From positions 3,904,001 through 3,968,000 of the forward strand of contig OY762007.1 of NCBI GenBank assembly GCA_963665115.1: DNA of 64,000 nucleotides. The letters run 5' to 3'. This document shows positions 54,345 to 64,000 of this stretch, one piece after another (position 1 is the stretch's first letter; every line of letters starts with the position of its first letter). The notes beneath the pieces are model-generated. The model saw only the letters and a list, made by a program, of their open reading frames with translations. It was not told where the DNA came from and did no database searches. Position numbers and translations under genes: made by a program. Source of the stretch: an uncultured Rivularia sp. (lineage in GTDB: Bacteria; Cyanobacteriota; Cyanobacteriia; Cyanobacteriales; Nostocaceae).

Positions 54345-56639
54345 GAGAGCGTCCATTTGATAACTACCGCGTCGCTATTACAGAACCCTCCGACTTCTTC
54401 GGGCGCAGTCAATTAATTAATACCATGCTCAAATCCCCCTTTCAGGTGCGGATATTGTTAGGTGGAAGGCGTTTGGGTAAAACCAGTGCTTTACGTGCCG
54501 TAGAATGGAATTTACTCAATCCCAACACGAAATATTTACGTCGCGCTTTTCCCGTATTAATTAACCTCCAATTAGAACAACCAAAAGACTTAGACAATCT
54601 GCGCTACCTCCTCATTGCCAGACTCCGAGAAGCTATAGAATCTTGGCGAAAAGTCCCCGTTACAGAAATTCGTCAAATGTACCGCGAATTTCTCAGGCAA
54701 ATTCCAGGGACTGGAAATACTGAAAAATTCTTTGCAGAAAATAGTATTAAATTAAACACTAATAATTCCGACTCCGAAAAGCGTTTAAATAACGATAGCT
54801 TTAGAACCGCATTCTTAAAAACTACAGAAGAACTACGCCAGATAAAATTTCAAGGCGTTTGCTTCCTGATTGATGGTGCTGAATACATTGTTCGCCAAAA
54901 TTGGGCTACTGACGCTTGGTCTTACTTACGCGGCTTAAAAGATACCGATATTGCAATTAAATCAGCATTAGGTTTACTACTCTCCGGCTACCGAGACTTA
55001 AAAGAATATCAGCAGCGCGTTGGCTCCCCATTATTAAACATCGCCGAAATCGAATGGTTAGCCACCTTAAGCGACGAAGATACAAAAAAACTGATCTGCG
55101 ATCGCGCAGAAAAAGAGAATATATCCTTAAGTGAAAATAAAATCGCCGAAATCATCGAATTGTCGGGATGCCATCCTTACCTTACCCAACAATTACTCAA
55201 CATGAATTTTGACTCCCAGCAACAGGAGTCAAAAGGTAATCTTATCAATAAATTATTACAGCATCACGACAAAGATTTCTCCTCCTGGTGGAATGCGGAA
55301 CATCTTTCTGGTTGCTTTAGCGAAGACGAGCGCAAAATCTATTCTGCCCTAGTTCAGAAACGCCAAGCCACCCCCCAAGATTTAGCAAATTATACAAACT
55401 TCAGCCGAGTCAAAACATCAGAAGCTTTAGAAGTTATAGCTGGTACTGGTGTAATCCGCTCATCGGATGACGAATACTATATATTAGGCTCTTGCTTATT
55501 TAAGAAATGGGTTAAAGATTTAATTTCTACCGTAGATAATTCAAACCCCAAAAATCAAGAATTATTGGCAAATCAAAGTCCAATGAATTATCAAGATTTT
55601 CAAATATTAGTCAGCAACAACAAAAATATTCGCGCTTCCTCAGAGCAAGGTGAAGTAACAAGCGCATTATTACTAGATACAAATAAAATCAATCTGACAT
55701 TAAAACTTATTGAGCAGAATCAAACAGATACCGAATTGCTCAAAGCACTAGGCAACGAACTTTACCAAGCCCTTTTTCCCAATCAAATCAACGCTCGATT
55801 TCATGCAACAATGGCTGGGGCACAAGCGAATCAAGACAACGTGCGCCTACGCTTAGTGTTTGAATCTCCAGAATTAGCTTCCTTACCCTGGGAATTTCTC
55901 TACGACAAAGAAACCAACACCTTTCTAGGAAACAACATTCAAACAGTACTCTCTCGCTACATTGATATCCCCCTAAAACCTCGCGAAATCAAAACCGCTA
56001 CCTTACCCCTAAAAATCTTGCTAGTTATATCCAGCCCTAGCAACTTAGCTAATTTAGACACGAGTAGCGAAGAAAATCTCATCCGCGAAGCACTAGCACA
56101 ACAGATACAAGCTGGTGAAATTGAATTAGATGTATTACGAGAAGCTAGCATCCGTAATATCAATCAAAAACTGGATGAAAAATCTTATAATATCTTTCAT
56201 TTTATCGGTCATGGTGTCTTTGAAAATAATAAAGGCTCTATTGCTCTCATAGATAACCTTGGTAAATCCAAATTGGTAGATGATGAGAGTTTCGCCAACT
56301 TTTTTTTAGGCAATAACAATATAAGCTTAGTCGTACTAAATTCCTGTCAGGGAGCAAAACTATCTTCTCATCAAGTTATGAGGGGAAACAGCACCTAATT
56401 TAGTACGCCGTGGAATACCCGCAGTAGTAGCCATGCAATACAATATCTTAGACAGCAGTGCCAAACTTTTTGCTTCGGAATTCTACCGTAAATTAGCAAT
56501 AGGCTTGCCCGTAGATGCAGCGATTCAAAAAACCCGCAATGCCATTTCGATGGAAATCGGACTTAATCAGCGCGACTTTGCCACACCAGTACTTTATATG
56601 CGAGCCAAAGATGGAATCATCTTGAGTGGATTATCTTGA
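54329..56639 (+). CDS. AAA/STAND ATPase fused to CHAT (caspase-like) protease (about 769 aa after correcting a +1 frameshift at about 56382-56388)
   Basis: FFGR, GGRRLGKTS, FLIDGAE, GCHPY; CHAT motifs LPWEFL, FHFIGHG, LNSC, then GIPAVVAMQY..F...FY..L...A...R, DFATPVLY in the shifted frame. Confidence 0.85.
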
Positions 56640-56830
56640 ATCACGTCGCTTTGATTTTAATAATGCCGGTATGGAAAAATAGAATCTCATGGCGATCGCC
56701 CTTAATACACCCTTTTCTTAGTCGGTAATTTTATTATCTAATAATAACCTATAAGGGCAGGCATCAATTACAATTTGTTTAAGTTTTGGTGCAGCTTGAC
56801 GAATATGTTTATTGACTAAATTAACTGGTT

Positions 56831-57691
56831 ATGGATAGTCAGACATTCTTTAACAATAGAATTGCCGTACTCGCTACTATGCATAAAAAGGAGAGGGTTA
56901 TTGCTCCCCTTTTTGATCGAGAATTAAGTATTAAAGTAACGGTACCGCAATTAGATACCGATAAATTTGGTTCTTTTACAAGGGAAATAGAGCGCTCCGG
57001 CAGTCAAATAGAAGCTGCAAGATTGAAAGCACAGCAAGCACTTTCATTAACTGGTGAAAGTTTGGGAGTTGCCAGCGAAGGAAGTTTTGCTCCTCACCCT
57101 TCTTTACCTTATATTCCTTGCAATCGAGAAATTGTAATTCTTATAGATAAAGAAAATGATTTAGAAATTATTGGAGAAGAGTTATCGACAGATACCAATC
57201 ACAGTCATTTAAAAGTCAGCGATATACAGCAAGCTATCGATTTTGCTGAAAAAGTCGGTTTTCCCGAACATGGTTTGGTTGTGATGCTGAACGATTATCC
57301 TGAAAATAGCGACGAGATAATCAAAGGAATCAATACACAAGAAACATTGATTGCAGCAGTAAATAATAGTTTGACAAAATCGCCAAATCGTAAAGTACAT
57401 CTCGAAACTGATATGCGAGCGATGTACAATCCAACACGGATGAAAAATATAGAAAAAGCAACTTACAATCTGATAGCAAAAATCAATTGTCTTTGTCCGA
57501 AATGTTCAACACCCGGTTTTGATATTATTCAACGAATTCCGGGATTACCTTGTGAATGGTGTAGCGCTCCAACTAGCTTAACTAGCTCTGCAATATATAA
57601 ATGCCAAAAATGTAATTTTAGGAAAGAACAATTATTCCCTGACGGTAAACAGTTTGCTAACCCCGCTCAATGTATGTATTGCAATCCTTGA
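56831..57691 (+). CDS. Conserved protein, DUF6671-like, with C-terminal CxxC clusters
   Basis: LATMHKKE, DTDKFGSFTREI.R, ASEGSF.PHP, ETDMRA..NPTRM, CPKC/CEWC/CQKC/CMYCNP. Confidence 0.75.
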   Translation: MDSQTFFNNRIAVLATMHKKERVIAPLFDRELSIKVTVPQLDTDKFGSFTREIERSGSQIEAARLKAQQALSLTGESLGVASEGSFAPHPSLPYIPCNREIVILIDKENDLEIIGEELSTDTNHSHLKVSDIQQAIDFAEKVGFPEHGLVVMLNDYPENSDEIIKGINTQETLIAAVNNSLTKSPNRKVHLETDMRAMYNPTRMKNIEKATYNLIAKINCLCPKCSTPGFDIIQRIPGLPCEWCSAPTSLTSSAIYKCQKCNFRKEQLFPDGKQFANPAQCMYCNP

Positions 57692-57953
57692 GCTATAAAA
57701 TTTTAGATTTTAGATTAGATTACGAAAGTTAAATCGAAAATACGCAATAAAATCAACAATGATGAGTAGCTTTTATCGCTTCACATAATAAAAAACTCTC
57801 TAACCGTTTGCAAGGAAAGAGAGCTTATAGTGTGTGGTGTGAGGAATGTTGTTGTATGCTGTCTATAACCAATTATACTTATCAAGTATGAAGTATATGT
57901 TACCAAAATATAAAATTTATATGTAGATTAACTCTGATGGGAGAAAAATAAAA

Positions 57954-58148
57954 TTAAAGCATTTTTTCTCGAAATTGTTTAGCGCGATCGCACTTTGGAC
58001 TTCCGAAGAAATCCTTTGGTGAAGCGTCTTCTGCTAAACATCGGTTATCAAGACATATGATTCGACTTGTGACTTCCCTTAAAAAACCCATTTCCTGAGT
58101 AACTATCGCGTTGCTTTTGCCCTCCCGAAAGTTTTGCCGGATAAACAT
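57954..58148 (-). pseudogene. Fragment resembling the C-terminus of an amino-acid ABC transporter ATP-binding protein
   Basis: IVTQEMGFLREVTSRII.LD....EDASPKDFF.SPK.DRAKQF matches the GlnQ-like H-loop tail; no upstream Walker motifs. Confidence 0.6.
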
Positions 58149-58289
58149 CTGCTTTTTCTGCTAAACCGACTTTTTCAAGTAATTCAGGGGAGTAAATAAA
58201 GAGGATTATATTAATTATCGTGAAGCTGTTGGTAAATGTCTATATATAATCTTGTCCACATCACAAGATTGTATTAAATAAGTAAATAC

Positions 58290-58315
58290 AAAAAAAAGCC
58301 CGCTGGTGCGGGCTT
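58290..58315 (-). terminator. Intrinsic terminator of acnB
   Basis: Minus strand AAGCCCGC-AC-CA-GCGGGCTT hairpin followed by a T run, just after the stop. Confidence 0.8.
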
Positions 58316-58362
58316 CACTAACACAACCCCACATTTCAAGCTGCGGGCAATCAACAAATCAA

Positions 58363-61032
58363 CTAATTCCCAGCCCCAGTCGGCATTCCTAAAATATCCT
58401 CAATCTTCGGCATATCTTCCAACGCAATCACCCTACCTTCATCCTCAAAACCTTGAATTTGGTCAAAGTTCAAATATTTGTACAAATCATCAGCAAAAGG
58501 ATGAATTTTCTTCGCCACAATATCCATATACTCTTGCACGGAAGGCAGTTTTCCTAACAATCCACAAACGGCTGCTAACTCTGCCGAACCAAGGTAAACT
58601 TGCGCTCCTTTACCCATACGATTGTTAAAGTTTCTTGTAGATGTTGAAAACACCGTAGCGCCATCTTCTACTCTTGCTTGATTCCCCATACATAGGCTAC
58701 AACCTGGCATTTCTGTTCTTGCATTTGCGCCGTCAAATACTTCGTAAATACCTTCTTCTTTCAGTTGCTTTTCATCCATGCGGGTAGGGGGACAAATCCA
58801 CAATTGAGTAGTAACTTTTCCGGCATTTTCTAATACTTTGGAAGCTGCTCTATAGTGTCCAATATTGGTCATACAGGAACCAATAAATACTTCGTCAACT
58901 TTATTACCGACTACTTCCGATAGTAATTTTACGTTATCGGGATCGTTGGGTGCTGCTACTATTGGTTCTTTAATTTCGTTCAAATCAATTTCGATTACTT
59001 CTGCATATTCGGCATTTTCATCACCTGACATTAATTCGGGATTTGCTAACCATTCTTCCATTTTGGCTACTCGACGCAATATTGTACGAGCGTCTTGATA
59101 ACCACGGGCTGCCATATTTTTCAACAAAGCGACGTTGGAACGCAGATATTCGGCAACTGTTGATTCGCTTAATTTAATCGTACAGCCAGCACAGGAACGT
59201 TCGGCGCTGGCATCTGTTAATTCAAACGCTTGCTCTACTTTCAAATCTGGTAAGCCTTCGATTTCCATGATTCTTCCAGCGAAGACGTTTTTCTTGTTTT
59301 TCTTCTCTACTGTCAGCAAACCTTGTTGAATTGCGACGTAGGGAATTGCGTTAACAACGTCTCGTAAAGTAACACCGGGTTGCAATTCACCTTTAAATCT
59401 TACCAAAACCGATTCGGGCATATCCAAAGGCATTACACCCAAAGCTGCGGCAAATGCTACTAAACCGGAACCTGCGGGGAAGGATATTCCCAAGGGGAAA
59501 CGAGTATGGGAGTCACCACCAGTTCCCACGGTATCTGGTAAAAGCATTCGGTTTAACCACGAGTGAATAATACCATCACCGGGACGCAAAGCCACACCGC
59601 CACGTTGAGCGAAAAAGTCTGGTAATTGTTTGTGAGTTTCTACGTCAACGGGTTTGGGATAAGCTGCGGTGTGACAGAAGCTTTGCATTACCAAGTCAGC
59701 GGAAAAGCCCAGACAAGCAAGTTCTTTTAATTCGTCGCGAGTCATCGGTCCGGTGGTATCCTGAGAACCAACGGTAGTCATCAGCGGCTCGCAAGACATA
59801 CCGGGGAGTACTCCTGGTAATCCGCAGGCTTTCCCGACCATTTTCTGCGCTAAGGTAAAGCCTTTTCCGCTATCTTGAGGTGCTTGGGGACGAATAAATA
59901 AGGTACTGGGTTCTAAATTTAAAGCTTCGCGGATTTTATCAGTAAGCGCACGTCCGATAAGTAACGGAATTCTGCCACCAGCGCGTACTTCATCAAAAAT
60001 AGTTTCGGGTTTTAGCTTAAATGTGGAAATAACTTCGCCGTCTTCGTTGGTAATTTCCCCTTTGTAGGGATGAATCGTAATTACCATACCCGTTTCCATC
60101 TTGCTGACATCGCACTCGATGGGTAAAGCACCCGCATCTTCGGCAGTGTTGAAGAATATTGGCGCGATACTGCTGCCTAAAATATATCCTCCCGCACGCT
60201 TATTTGGTACGTAAGGAATATCCTCTCCCAAATGCCACAATACCGAATTAATCGCCGATTTGCGCGATGAGCCAGTTCCGACTACATCCCCAACATATGC
60301 CACGGGATGCCCTTTTTCTTTCAACTTCGCAATAGTTTCTAAGCCATCGGGCATGGAACTTTCCAACATTGCCAAAGCGTGAAGGGGAATATCTGGGCGC
60401 GTGGTAGCGTGGGTTGCGGGTGATAAGTCGTCAGTATTGGTTTCACCGGGAACTTTGAAAACAGTAACGGCGATCGATTCGGGTACTTCCGGACGAATTG
60501 TAAACCATTCCGCTTCCGCCCAAGAATCTACCACTCGTTTGGCGAAGGGGTTAGTTTCAGCAAGTTCTAAAATATCGTGAAAGGCATCGTAAACCAACAC
60601 CGTTTTACTCAAAGCCGTTACTGCGTGGGCTGCAATGGGTTCCTTTCCTTCACCACCCATAACCAAAGGAGTTTCGGAAGAGTCGGATACCGATACAGTC
60701 GCAGTTTGTAACAGTTCAATCAAAGACTGAACGTTGTAACCACCCACCATAGTACCCAGTAACTGTACTGCTTCGATAGGTGAAATCAAAGGGCACTCTA
60801 TTTCTTCTTTAGCAATCCCGGTAAGAAATCCAGCCTTTACATAAGCTGCCGGATCTACTCCGGGGGAAACTCGATCTCGCAGCAAATGCAGTAAAAATTC
60901 TGCTTCACCTTCTGGTGGATTTTTCAGTAATTCACACAGTTCAGAGGTTTGCTTTGCATCTAATGGTAAGGGAGGAATCCCTAATGCAGTTCTTTCTTTA
61001 GCGCGATCGCGATATGATTCAAGCATTTTCAT
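58363..61032 (-). CDS. acnB: Aconitate hydratase B
   Basis: [56 protein letters not shown]; start uncertain (61026-61038). Confidence 0.97.
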   Translation of the reverse strand: MKMLESYRDRAKERTALGIPPLPLDAKQTSELCELLKNPPEGEAEFLLHLLRDRVSPGVDPAAYVKAGFLTGIAKEEIECPLISPIEAVQLLGTMVGGYNVQSLIELLQTATVSVSDSSETPLVMGGEGKEPIAAHAVTALSKTVLVYDAFHDILELAETNPFAKRVVDSWAEAEWFTIRPEVPESIAVTVFKVPGETNTDDLSPATHATTRPDIPLHALAMLESSMPDGLETIAKLKEKGHPVAYVGDVVGTGSSRKSAINSVLWHLGEDIPYVPNKRAGGYILGSSIAPIFFNTAEDAGALPIECDVSKMETGMVITIHPYKGEITNEDGEVISTFKLKPETIFDEVRAGGRIPLLIGRALTDKIREALNLEPSTLFIRPQAPQDSGKGFTLAQKMVGKACGLPGVLPGMSCEPLMTTVGSQDTTGPMTRDELKELACLGFSADLVMQSFCHTAAYPKPVDVETHKQLPDFFAQRGGVALRPGDGIIHSWLNRMLLPDTVGTGGDSHTRFPLGISFPAGSGLVAFAAALGVMPLDMPESVLVRFKGELQPGVTLRDVVNAIPYVAIQQGLLTVEKKNKKNVFAGRIMEIEGLPDLKVEQAFELTDASAERSCAGCTIKLSESTVAEYLRSNVALLKNMAARGYQDARTILRRVAKMEEWLANPELMSGDENAEYAEVIEIDLNEIKEPIVAAPNDPDNVKLLSEVVGNKVDEVFIGSCMTNIGHYRAASKVLENAGKVTTQLWICPPTRMDEKQLKEEGIYEVFDGANARTEMPGCSLCMGNQARVEDGATVFSTSTRNFNNRMGKGAQVYLGSAELAAVCGLLGKLPSVQEYMDIVAKKIHPFADDLYKYLNFDQIQGFEDEGRVIALEDMPKIEDILGMPTGAGN

Positions 61033-61513
61033 CTCCACGAATACAATTTAAAACTTATAATTGAATGTTTATTGTTCGATCTACTTTTTAGAGTAACTTT
61101 TATTGAAAAGTCTTCGATTCTCCCACAGATAGAGTTGTCAGTATTTATCGTAATTATCTTGTTTTATGCGATACAAATTATCTTGTAAATCACTTCCGAA
61201 AATAGTTTTTGCGAAGCAGTTACTATTATCAATCAAAAGCATTGTTCGGTTTGCATTTACAAACAATATTTTTCATGTGTAGATAGCCACTTTTGTTTTT
61301 GCGAAATCAAATTATGATATTCTGACAATTAGCATTGTAAGCAAACTTACTTATACAGCCGTTTTATAATTCTTATTATTATCACTCTACAGGCAATGGT
61401 GGCAAATTTATCTAATTGAAAATAATTCTTATATATTGCTTAATGGTTGAATTTTATCGTTATTAATAATATAAAATATTCAGTATTATACGGACGCATA
61501 CCATATATTGTAT

Positions 61514-61834
61514 ATGACTACAACTTATACTGTTGAATTCATCCATCAGGGTAAAACACACACTTTACAGGTACCCGAAGACAAAACTATTCTATCTGTT
61601 GCTGAGGAGGCGGGTTTAGAATTACCTTCTTCATGTAATGCTGGTGTTTGTACTACCTGTGCCGGTAAAATCACTAATGGTGGTAGCGTAGATCAAAGCG
61701 AGGGCATGGGAGTTAGTCCAGATTTACAGGAGCAAGGTTTTGCGCTGCTTTGCGTTTCCTATCCTCGTTCCGATTTGAAGATTGAAACCGAGCAGGAAGA
61801 TACTGTCTATCAAAATCAGTTTGGTAAAGATTAA
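61514..61834 (+). CDS. [2Fe-2S] ferredoxin
   Basis: LPSSCNAGVCTTCAG ... LLC motif. Confidence 0.93.
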   Translation: MTTTYTVEFIHQGKTHTLQVPEDKTILSVAEEAGLELPSSCNAGVCTTCAGKITNGGSVDQSEGMGVSPDLQEQGFALLCVSYPRSDLKIETEQEDTVYQNQFGKD

Positions 61835-61940
61835 TTATTACTTTTAGTTTAGCGATCGACTGTTATTGAATGGCAGTCGATTGTTATGGGTTTTATAAAA
61901 AAGGGAACAGGGAACAGTAAGTAGGGGAAAAGAATAAATA

Positions 61941-62120
61941 ATGATTACTGATTTTATTAGCTTAGAAATTGATTTACAAAAAGATATAGCTGAGTTACAA
62001 AAGTCTGTAGAATTTGAATTACAAAAATATGGTAAACCTTTACGTTGGGCTATTACTGCTGTGGATTCTGAGAAAGGAAAAGTGACTTTAGAAGCGGTTG
62101 TGACGATAGAAGAAAGTTAA
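61941..62120 (+). CDS. Small hypothetical protein (59 aa), absent from the ORF track
   Basis: MITDFISLEIDLQ...LQKYGKPLRWAITAVD...LEAVVTIEES; purine-rich upstream; same strand as neighbours. Confidence 0.7.
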   Translation: MITDFISLEIDLQKDIAELQKSVEFELQKYGKPLRWAITAVDSEKGKVTLEAVVTIEES

Positions 62121-62199
62121 CTATAAGAAATAAATAACTTGTTCTCATCCTTTTTAAATTTATTATTTCATTTTTTATATTATTCAAGGAATAGGTTAT

Positions 62200-62793
62200 A
62201 TGGCTTACAGCGATTTAACGTTAAGTAAGTTTAAAAATAATTTTGATATTCATATACACGAAGTTGCCGATTTATTTGCAAATGTTGAACCTTTAGAAGC
62301 TAGCGATAAATTAAAAAGCGATTTAAAAGAAACTGCCGAACTCGCTTTAGCAATTAATACCGAGAAAGCACGTTCGGAAATGATTATTCTGCCTATTTTG
62401 CTAGAAATTAGACGTAGAACTAATTATCAGATAAGTTTATTTTCCGGTACGAATTTTGATGTTGATATAGAGAAAGGTTTAAATGGGTATTGCGATTTTA
62501 TTATTAGTCGTTCAAAAGAACAATTGCTTATTAATGCACCTGTTTTAATTATTATTGAAGCTAAAAATGAAAATATTAAAAACGGATTGGGACAATGTGC
62601 GGGAGCAATGCTAGCAGCACAGATATTTAATCAGCAGCAAAATAATGATATTAAAACTATTTATGGAGCGGTAACTACAGGAGATATTTGGAAGTTCATT
62701 AAATTAGAAGGAAGTAATTTGTTTATTGATTTGAATAATTATTATATTAAGGAGATTACGAATATATTAGGAATATTATATCAGACTGTATGA
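62200..62793 (+). CDS. PD-(D/E)XK nuclease-like (HsdR N-terminal-like) hypothetical protein
   Basis: TEKARSE..I.P.L, GYCDF, IEAK, GLGQC, YGAVTTG..WKF. Confidence 0.7.
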   Translation: MAYSDLTLSKFKNNFDIHIHEVADLFANVEPLEASDKLKSDLKETAELALAINTEKARSEMIILPILLEIRRRTNYQISLFSGTNFDVDIEKGLNGYCDFIISRSKEQLLINAPVLIIIEAKNENIKNGLGQCAGAMLAAQIFNQQQNNDIKTIYGAVTTGDIWKFIKLEGSNLFIDLNNYYIKEITNILGILYQTV

Positions 62794-62985
62794 ATAAGAT
62801 AAAAAACCTTACTAAACGCGGAGAGCGCAGAGGGAAGAGATAAAGAGAGATAGATAATTAAGAGAAAAATATCTTTAATTATTTAGTTTAACCATAGCAA
62901 CATAGCATTGCTCGCTCCCATTTTGTTAATTATTAATAAGCCAAATGATTAGATAATTGATAATTGTTCATTGATAACTGAATTA

Positions 62986-64000
62986 ATGCGTCCATATACC
63001 GCTATCTTAATTATTCCCACGGGAGTTGGAGCAGCCATCGGAGGTTATGCAGGTGATGCATTACCCGTTGCTAAAGCTATGGCTGAGGTTTGCGATGTTT
63101 TGATTACTCATCCTAATGTCCTCAATGGTGCAACTTTGTACTGGAATCTACCGAATGCTTTATATGTAGAAGGTTTTGGTATTGACAAATTTGCTGAAGG
63201 GTGTTGGGGTTTACAGCCGGTACATCAAAATAAAATTGGTTTGATTTTTGATCGAGGAATTGAACCAGATTTACGTTTAAGAAATATTCAAGCAGCAGAT
63301 GCAGCTAGAGCAACGCTGGGATTAAATTTAACAGATTATGTAGTTACCGATGCTCCGTTAAACGTCGAATTACGCTCTGCCGCATCTGGTGCCAGTTGGG
63401 GCACTATAGGCAATCCAGATAGTTTATTAAGGGCTGCGGAAAAGTTGATAAATAAAGCAGGTGCTAACGCGATCGCAGTTGTTGCTCGTTTCCCCGATAA
63501 CCTTGATGAAGAAGCAGAGCAAAACTACCGTGAAGGTAATGGAGTAGACTTAATTGCTGGTGCGGAAGCGGTAATCAGCCATTTGATAGTGCGAGAATTT
63601 GAGATTCCCTGCGCTCATTCTCCAACATTTTCTCCACCACCTTTAGATGCAAATTTATCACCACGCTCTGCTGCGGAAGAATTGGGTTATACTTTTTTAC
63701 CAAGTGTACTTGTGGGGTTAAGTCGCGCACCCCAATTTGTTAGTAGGGAATCCAATCAATTCCCTCACAACAGCGATATATGGGTGAATCAAGTTGATGC
63801 AGTGGTAGTGCCACGCAATGCTTGCGGTAGCAGTGCTTTACTGAGTTTGAGTCAAAGAAACACTCAGATAATTACTGTAGAGGAAAATCAAACTCAGATG
63901 CAAGTTCCTCCTCAACCCTTGGGAATGAAAACAATATCGGCAAGCTCTTATCTCGAAGCAATAGGAATATTAGCGGCTGATAAAGCAGGAGTTAACCCAT
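62986..64000 (+). CDS. DUF3326 domain protein, truncated by the window end
   Basis: MRPYTAILIIPTGVGAAIGGYAGDA...ITHPNVLNGA..., GAEAVISH, PCAHSP, AAEELGYTFL. Confidence 0.85.
   Translation, partial: MRPYTAILIIPTGVGAAIGGYAGDALPVAKAMAEVCDVLITHPNVLNGATLYWNLPNALYVEGFGIDKFAEGCWGLQPVHQNKIGLIFDRGIEPDLRLRNIQAADAARATLGLNLTDYVVTDAPLNVELRSAASGASWGTIGNPDSLLRAAEKLINKAGANAIAVVARFPDNLDEEAEQNYREGNGVDLIAGAEAVISHLIVREFEIPCAHSPTFSPPPLDANLSPRSAAEELGYTFLPSVLVGLSRAPQFVSRESNQFPHNSDIWVNQVDAVVVPRNACGSSALLSLSQRNTQIITVEENQTQMQVPPQPLGMKTISASSYLEAIGILAADKAGVNP

Larger units (their letters stand above)
309..63476. repeat. Dispersed HIP1 octamers GCGATCGC (at least 15 copies; span gives first and last seen)
   Basis: Copies at e.g. 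309, 5232, 51401, 63469; HIP1 is a cyanobacterial hallmark. Confidence 0.9.

Noticed and set aside
56433..56639. Separate 68-aa gene
   Set aside because: It is the C-terminal part of the CHAT domain after the frameshift
56831..57691. DUF6671-like gene as the third member or substrate of the CHAT module
   Set aside because: Separated by about 190 nt with no motif linking it; only co-occurrence data could support this
81..59329. Numerous short ORFs antisense to or overlapping well-supported genes
   Set aside because: No motifs; explained as shadow frames

Overview
AT-rich DNA from a filamentous, probably heterocyst-forming (Nostocales-like) cyanobacterium, judged from many HIP1 octamers (GCGATCGC), heptameric STRR tandem repeats and the gene content. 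From left to right: (1) the hmp/pil chemotaxis-like motility locus (CheA partial, MCP, CheW, CheY, PatA-type regulator, divergent hmpF); (2) tilS, ung and accessory genes; (3) a REC-EAL regulator and a CBS/PAS histidine kinase; (4) cyclophilin, smpB, thiL, gap2, murC-murB-ybaB and an LMW phosphatase; (5) a dynamin-like GTPase and two rhomboids; (6) a cyanoexosortase B / Wza / Wzc / DegT polysaccharide cluster; (7) a GAF pseudo-kinase, ictB, a LuxR regulator, a Rieske oxygenase and hemJ; (8) a DUF6671-like gene, acnB, a ferredoxin and a DUF3326 gene. The most interesting part is an accessory two-gene operon at 48.8-56.6 kb. Gene 1 has a signal peptide, 14 near-identical 35-aa HEAT-like repeats with variable positions, membrane segment(s), a NACHT NTPase and a second STAND/AAA ATPase. 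It overlaps gene 2, a STAND/AAA ATPase fused to a caspase-like CHAT protease with an intact His/Cys dyad. I interpret this as a candidate NLR-like receptor-to-protease immunity or cell-death module (inference). Four genes carry single +1 homopolymer insertions, probably assembly errors. Intergenic DNA holds several MITE/SDR-like elements, some nested, and two sit in-frame inside the NACHT gene. All protein calls come from motif recognition by eye, not from database searches.
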